Below the pieces are notes generated by a model. It was not told the origin of the DNA and made no database searches. It saw only the letters and a program-made list of their open reading frames with translations. Below, piece after piece: positions 15,894 to 20,000 of a stretch of DNA of 20,000 bases; position 1 is the stretch's first letter; each line of letters opens with the position of its first letter. The position numbers and the translations under genes were made by a program. Source of the DNA: an uncultured virus (IMG/VR IMGVR_UViG_3300027020_000013). Taxonomy: Duplodnaviria; Heunggongvirae; Uroviricota; Caudoviricetes. The stretch lies in IMG/VR virus record IMGVR_UViG_3300027020_000013. One strand, written 5' to 3'.

Positions 15894-17192
15894 ATGACCG
15901 AAGTGGTTGTAGAAGAAAAGCCAATCCGTGAAGGTTTTGGTGTTGTAGAAAAAGATCGCAAGCTGGCCCGCATTGTTGAAATTGACGATGTGGTTCCGCA
16001 CCCCAATGCCGATGCACTGGAGCTGGCTGTAATTGGTGGCTGGCAACTGTGTGTTAAGCTGGGCGAATACAAGAAAGGTGATCGCGCTATTTACTGCGAG
16101 ATTGACTCTCTGCTCCCGCTGTCCAACGTAGAACTGTTTGGTTTCCTGGAAGCTCGTCGTTCCGATAACCGTCGGGTTAACGGTGAGAACTACCACCGTC
16201 TGAAAACCATCAAGCTGCGTAAGGAACTGTCGCAAGGTCTGCTGGTGCCAGTACCTGAGAAGTTCAAGGATACTCCGGTTGACACTAACGTGACCCTGGA
16301 ACTCGGTATCCTGAAGTACGAACCTAAGCCTCAACGTGAGCGTGATGGTTCGGGTGGCGAAGTAGCCTCGGACTGGTATGGTAATCTCGTTCGCCGTATC
16401 CTGAAAGGTCTGGATGGTTCTCTGATGCCATGGCCTGCCCAACTGACCAAGTCGGATCAAGATCGTGTACAGAACAAGACTGTTGCTTTCGCTACTGCAA
16501 AAGCAGATCAGACCTCGTTTGAAGTAACCTACAAGCTGGATGGTTCTTCGATGACTGTGTTCTGCATCAACGACGATGGTGTACGTACTGGTGTCTGCTC
16601 GCGTAACTACGAGCTGTCGCTGGGTGACGATGCTCCTTGGTCGCTGTTTGATCAAGTCCGTTATTGGACTGGTTCGTTCCTGGCTCGTAACCGTAAGATG
16701 TTCAAAGTTAAACGCATACACTGGCCTGAATGGCGGAAGGCTGCACTGGTAACTGAGAACAACTTCACCCGTTACGTGAAAGAACACGAAGTCATCCAGA
16801 AGCTGAAAGCCTACCAAGCTCGTACTGGTGAGTTCATCACTCTCCAAGGTGAGCTGATCGGTCCTGACATCCAATCGAACTTCGAGGGTGTCGAGAAACA
16901 CGAATACTACGTCTTCTCGGTATACCGCAATGGTAGCGAAGAAGTCCTGCCGGATGAAGCTCGTCGCATCGTAGCTGAAATCGGTCTGACCTACGTTCCG
17001 GTATTCGATGAGAACTTCGTCATCGGTGCTGAAACTACCGTCAAGGATATCCTGGAAATGGCTGAGGGCCAACGTGCCTTTAACCAGAAGAAAGGTACCT
17101 ACCGTGAAGGTCTGGTATTCAAAGCACGTAACAAGATCATGTCGTGGAAGTCGATCTCGAACTCCTACCTGCTGAAGAAAGCTGACGAATAA
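15894..17192 (+). CDS. ATP-dependent RNA ligase, DRB0094 (Rnl5-type) family with N-terminal OB-like domain
   Basis: SD GAGGA then ATG 15894; HPNADALEL, YCEIDSLLP, LRKELSQGL; motif I YKLDGSS; GELIGPDIQSN; REGLVFK; WKSISNSYLLK. Confidence 0.92.
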   Translation: MTEVVVEEKPIREGFGVVEKDRKLARIVEIDDVVPHPNADALELAVIGGWQLCVKLGEYKKGDRAIYCEIDSLLPLSNVELFGFLEARRSDNRRVNGENYHRLKTIKLRKELSQGLLVPVPEKFKDTPVDTNVTLELGILKYEPKPQRERDGSGGEVASDWYGNLVRRILKGLDGSLMPWPAQLTKSDQDRVQNKTVAFATAKADQTSFEVTYKLDGSSMTVFCINDDGVRTGVCSRNYELSLGDDAPWSLFDQVRYWTGSFLARNRKMFKVKRIHWPEWRKAALVTENNFTRYVKEHEVIQKLKAYQARTGEFITLQGELIGPDIQSNFEGVEKHEYYVFSVYRNGSEEVLPDEARRIVAEIGLTYVPVFDENFVIGAETTVKDILEMAEGQRAFNQKKGTYREGLVFKARNKIMSWKSISNSYLLKKADE

Positions 17193-17197
17193 CATCG

Positions 17198-17222
17198 AGC
17201 CACCTTCGGGTGGCTTTATGCC
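17198..17222 (+). terminator. cUUCGg stem-loop followed by TTATGCC
   Basis: agccacc-TTCG-ggtggct then ttatgcc. Confidence 0.75.
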
Positions 17223-17233
17223 AATAGAGGAAA

Positions 17234-17425
17234 ATGAAGATGAGCTGTGATGGCCTGACTAATCGAGCGGTATACGAGTATCGCCAAGAACAAAAGAAGA
17301 ACCGCAAGTATAGCCCATGGAAGTGGGTAACAGCAATTGTGATTGGTGCAATGCTGGCAGGGTGCACATACTTTGCGTTGAACTACACTGTGGTTGAACG
17401 ATTCCAGCTGGAGCAACGTCGTTGA
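17234..17425 (+). CDS. Small single-pass membrane protein
   Basis: SD GAGGA; basic stretch followed by WVTAIVIGAMLAGCTYFAL. Confidence 0.7.
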   Translation: MKMSCDGLTNRAVYEYRQEQKKNRKYSPWKWVTAIVIGAMLAGCTYFALNYTVVERFQLEQRR

Positions 17426-17718
17426 AATATCTTATCGCTTTAGCAGTACTGTTGTCAATAGCGGGTTGTGATGTACGCAAAGCAGAATTCGTTGTTAACG
17501 GTACGTTGACAGGATCTACCTGCAAGCATTACAAAGTTGTTCCACGTTACGGCGAACCTTACCCAGCCGTAATGGATTGCTTAGCTGTGGTTGAATCCGA
17601 GGAAGGTAAGACACAGGCTTTCCCTGTTGAAGCAGAGTACGATAAGTTGCTGGGTAAACCTGTAACTGTCGTTAACGTGAAGGAAGGTGAATTCCGAATC
17701 CTGGAGATTACCAAATGA
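17422..17718 (+). CDS. Putative lipoprotein
   Basis: TTG start overlapping the previous TGA, SD GGAG; MKYLIALAVLLSIAG|C lipobox. Confidence 0.75.
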   Translation: MKYLIALAVLLSIAGCDVRKAEFVVNGTLTGSTCKHYKVVPRYGEPYPAVMDCLAVVESEEGKTQAFPVEAEYDKLLGKPVTVVNVKEGEFRILEITK

Positions 17719-18122
17719 CTGAACAACCTAAAGTTATACGACGACTGAAGACCTTTGTAACCATTACCGATAAACACGGTATTGTCTATGACGGTCTGCA
17801 ACTCGGCCTGGCTGAAAAGTGTGGCGGTAAACCTGGTTACGACGGTGAGATGATTTACGTCACCAAAGCGTACGAGGAATGGTCGCCTGAAAAGAAAGCC
17901 GCTCTTAGCAAACAAGTTTTCATCTCTCACCGTGCACCTGTCGATTACATTATCTGGGAAGTTACACATGGCGATAACGACCAATACGTCACCACTCTTT
18001 ATCCGGGCGATCTCCTTCTGTTCATCGATGGCTCGTTTGTACCGTACATCGGCGAACAAGTTAAGCTTGGCTTTAATGTCACGAAAGAAACTCGAGAGCT
18101 TCCTCCAGAACCAAACACTTGA
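17715..18122 (+). CDS. Hypothetical protein, probable paralogue of the next gene
   Basis: SD GGAG, ATGA overlap; LYPGDLLLFIDG...EQ...F motif. Confidence 0.75.
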   Translation: MTEQPKVIRRLKTFVTITDKHGIVYDGLQLGLAEKCGGKPGYDGEMIYVTKAYEEWSPEKKAALSKQVFISHRAPVDYIIWEVTHGDNDQYVTTLYPGDLLLFIDGSFVPYIGEQVKLGFNVTKETRELPPEPNT

Positions 18123-18402
18123 ACACTCGGTTATTCGTGAACGCTGCAACAACAGCGGTCGACTAGCTTTCCGTTGGGATGGCTTCAGTCGCACTGCACT
18201 GGAAAGCTTCGTAGGTCCGTATGCACAGTACCGATTCCACCGTAATGGCGATGCTATCGTAACTGTCGGTTATGGTAGCCTGCATCTCAAACCCGGATAC
18301 TACATCTGGGATGACAGTGATGGCTATGATAGTGGATCACCTGAGCAATTGCAAGAACAATTCGAGATTATCAAACATGGCGGGCCAGGAACACTACGTT
18401 GA
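18076..18402 (+). CDS. Hypothetical phage protein (AxxWDG...LxPGxYI...F type)
   Basis: 3' part of ORF 17932..18402; start uncertain, ATG 18076 chosen to minimise overlap. Confidence 0.65.
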   Translation: MSRKKLESFLQNQTLEHSVIRERCNNSGRLAFRWDGFSRTALESFVGPYAQYRFHRNGDAIVTVGYGSLHLKPGYYIWDDSDGYDSGSPEQLQEQFEIIKHGGPGTLR

Positions 18403-18589
18403 CATGCTAGCGACAATCCATGCGAATCCCCAAGTGGGATTACAAATGGATTCCATGTTGGGTATGTCCCCTAAATATCGTAAAAGGATGATGCGTGATG
18501 GGCGAAACACTGTTACCGACCCTGGAAGAACGGGCGATAGAAAACAAGAAGTGGATGACGGAGTGGCGGAAAGCCTTAACCGATCCTAA
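18377..18589 (+). CDS. Possible small hypothetical protein
   Basis: ATG 18377 fills the gap 18403-18494 but overlaps the next gene by ~95 nt. Confidence 0.35.
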   Translation: MAGQEHYVDMLATIHANPQVGLQMDSMLGMSPKYRKRMMRDGRNTVTDPGRTGDRKQEVDDGVAESLNRS

Positions 18590-18998
18590 GAACAAAGCCA
18601 CCATTGATAATGCAATGCATCAACATCCAATGGTGCGTTGGTTCCTAGGTGAAATAGATGGACCTATCCTGGAGCAGTACATTGCTCTGTTACGGGATTT
18701 CCATCGGGTATTCACCACGAATGGTAATGGGCCGCGTGTGGGAGCATCGATTCGGTTTGCTACCTATTACGATATTTGGCTATATCTGCCGGATGAAACC
18801 AAGCAGCGTTATCCAGATGTAATCGAGATCATGACCTATTGGGAAAATCATCCAGCCACGGCTTGCAATGCTGCAATGGTTGTTGCTAAAGAACATGGCC
18901 CAATCATGCTGCCGTATGAACTCGATCATGCGTGGCAGAAACAAGTCCCTCAGTGGTACGAAGGTATCTTTGGTAAGAAGGGTGAAGTAGATGGCTGA
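18495..18998 (+). CDS. Hypothetical protein (167 aa)
   Basis: SD AAAGGA at 18483-18488; GTG 18495 or ATG 18498. Confidence 0.75.
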   Translation: MMGETLLPTLEERAIENKKWMTEWRKALTDPKNKATIDNAMHQHPMVRWFLGEIDGPILEQYIALLRDFHRVFTTNGNGPRVGASIRFATYYDIWLYLPDETKQRYPDVIEIMTYWENHPATACNAAMVVAKEHGPIMLPYELDHAWQKQVPQWYEGIFGKKGEVDG

Positions 18999-19221
18999 TC
19001 CAAAAGCATTTCGTTATCGTGATGGTACACGTGTAGCTGCTAACACCACCGCTGCACAACTGAAAGCAGATGGTAAAACTAAAGAACTCGACAAGCACAT
19101 GAAACAGCTTGACACCGATTGGCGTGATGCAGAGGGCCGCAAACCCGCTGATGAACTCACCGAACGTGAGCAGATGCTTGAAGGAAGAATCCCATGGAAT
19201 CAAGCCCTCCTGAAATCGTAA
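18991..19221 (+). CDS. Small charged hypothetical protein
   Basis: Overlaps the previous stop; purine-rich upstream; 76 aa. Confidence 0.7.
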   Translation: MADPKAFRYRDGTRVAANTTAAQLKADGKTKELDKHMKQLDTDWRDAEGRKPADELTEREQMLEGRIPWNQALLKS

Positions 19222-19373
19222 GGCCTGAGATCCTAGAGATCGTTCGATTACAGGACCAAGTAGGATCTACTCAAATACCGAATGGTATGACTAGAGCCGA
19301 ACGTAAGGAATTCATTCGTGATCTCCTTATGAAACAGCTTGAACAATCACGTCGACTAAACAAAGGGGAATAA
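19194..19373 (+). CDS. Small hypothetical protein (59 aa, absent from ORF track)
   Basis: SD GAAGGA, ATG 19194: MESSPPEIVRPEILEIVRLQDQVGSTQIPNGMTRAERKEFIRDLLMKQLEQSRRLNKGE; fills an otherwise empty gap. Confidence 0.6.
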   Translation: MESSPPEIVRPEILEIVRLQDQVGSTQIPNGMTRAERKEFIRDLLMKQLEQSRRLNKGE

Positions 19374-19388
19374 GTATGGTTAATTTAA

Positions 19389-19432
19389 TCACACGATAGC
19401 CCGTCTCATCTCCGAGGCGGGCGTCGCAGTGA
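19389..19432 (+). promoter_or_regulatory. GC-rich leader hairpin, no U-tract
   Basis: tcac-a-cgat-a-gcccgtctc / atctcc loop / gaggcgggc-gtcg-ca-gtga. Confidence 0.5.
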
Positions 19433-19443
19433 GAGAATTCGCT

Positions 19444-19755
19444 ATGTCCGCAGATAAGCAAACCCGTGCCCTTAATCGTTACCATGACTTCCGTGTAACC
19501 CGTAATCAGACCGCTATCTATTTGTTGTATAACGGTACGGAATGGTTGGCTGCTAATAAGCAACCAGGGTTCCGTAAGCGTAAGGCTATGAACTGCAGCT
19601 GCCGTACTTGCCGTGGTTGGGATCGGGTTGCAAAGCAATTCCGCTTTAACCTGCAGTTGGAGAAACAAGGTATGTGCGAGAAACATCAACTCCGCCGTCG
19701 TTTGGCTGGCGGGCGTTTGACCAAAGAATGGTCAGAAGAATACGAGGGCCTGTAA
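19444..19755 (+). CDS. Small basic protein with CxCxxC putative Zn motif
   Basis: ATG 19444 (or GTG 19429); RKRKAMNCSCRTCRG; Arg/Lys-rich. Confidence 0.75.
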   Translation: MSADKQTRALNRYHDFRVTRNQTAIYLLYNGTEWLAANKQPGFRKRKAMNCSCRTCRGWDRVAKQFRFNLQLEKQGMCEKHQLRRRLAGGRLTKEWSEEYEGL

Positions 19756-19756
19756 C

Positions 19757-19828
19757 ATGCGTGAAATCGATTGGGATCTGTTCGACGAACACGATGATCT
19801 GGTTACTCAGGAAGAGGAATGGGTATGA
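19757..19828 (+). CDS. Possible acidic micropeptide (23 aa)
   Basis: SD GAGGG, ATG immediately after the previous stop; MREIDWDLFDEHDDLVTQEEEWV. Confidence 0.45.
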   Translation: MREIDWDLFDEHDDLVTQEEEWV

Positions 19829-19925
19829 AACAAGACGAACGTCCTGATATCTAAGGAACCATAATGCCAACTTATAACCAACTCCGTCCGGGTCTTATTA
19901 CCGTAACCCGTTCGGAGGGAAGACC

Positions 19926-20000
19926 ATGGCAAAATCGTACAGCAGGCGTAGCAAAAGTGGTTGGAAAGATCTGTGGTCGCCAAGACCAATGCGTTTCCAA
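19926..20000 (+). CDS. Basic protein, 3'-truncated
   Basis: SD GGAGGG at 19914-19919; MAKSYSRRSKSGWKDLWSPRPMRFQ..., open to the window end. Confidence 0.55.
   Translation, partial: MAKSYSRRSKSGWKDLWSPRPMRFQ

Noticed and set aside
2728..17215. CCTTCGGG hairpins as CRISPR repeats or REP/mobile elements
   Set aside because: Only the loop core is shared; stems differ, spacing is irregular, and each sits directly after a stop codon, as terminators do.
17234..17718. i-spanin/o-spanin pair
   Set aside because: The first protein has only ~15 aa after its TM helix and no periplasmic coiled coil; no endolysin or holin nearby.
18377..18998. Programmed frameshift joining ORFs 18377 and 18495
   Set aside because: The downstream ORF has its own SD (AAAGGA) and start codon; no canonical slippery heptamer with a downstream structure was seen.

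Overview
A densely packed, entirely + strand stretch of a lytic bacteriophage genome. It is most likely a phiKZ-related (Chimalliviridae-like) jumbo phage of a gammaproteobacterium; this is inferred from TATATTAC-type promoters, CCTTCGGG hairpins followed by TATG, and gene content. Recognisable genes: an SspB-like ClpX adaptor, a membrane-anchored BCS1-like AAA+ ATPase, an adjacent Prs-like + Nampt-like pair (the architecture of the NARP1 Adps/Namat NAD+ reconstitution anti-defence pathway), a thymidylate synthase with about 200 aa of insertions, and a DRB0094-type RNA ligase. About 30 other ORFs are hypothetical. By-eye comparison suggests a diverged paralogue family of ~120-150 aa beta-rich domains (1-4443 and 12220-12807) and a second paralogue pair (17715-18402). 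sspB, the BCS1-like gene and the NARP1-like pair appear to share one ~5.9 kb operon. The right end has a run of micro-ORFs and SD-sequestering hairpins ahead of small basic proteins. No tRNA, CRISPR array or mobile element was seen. All homology calls are from motif recognition, not database searches.
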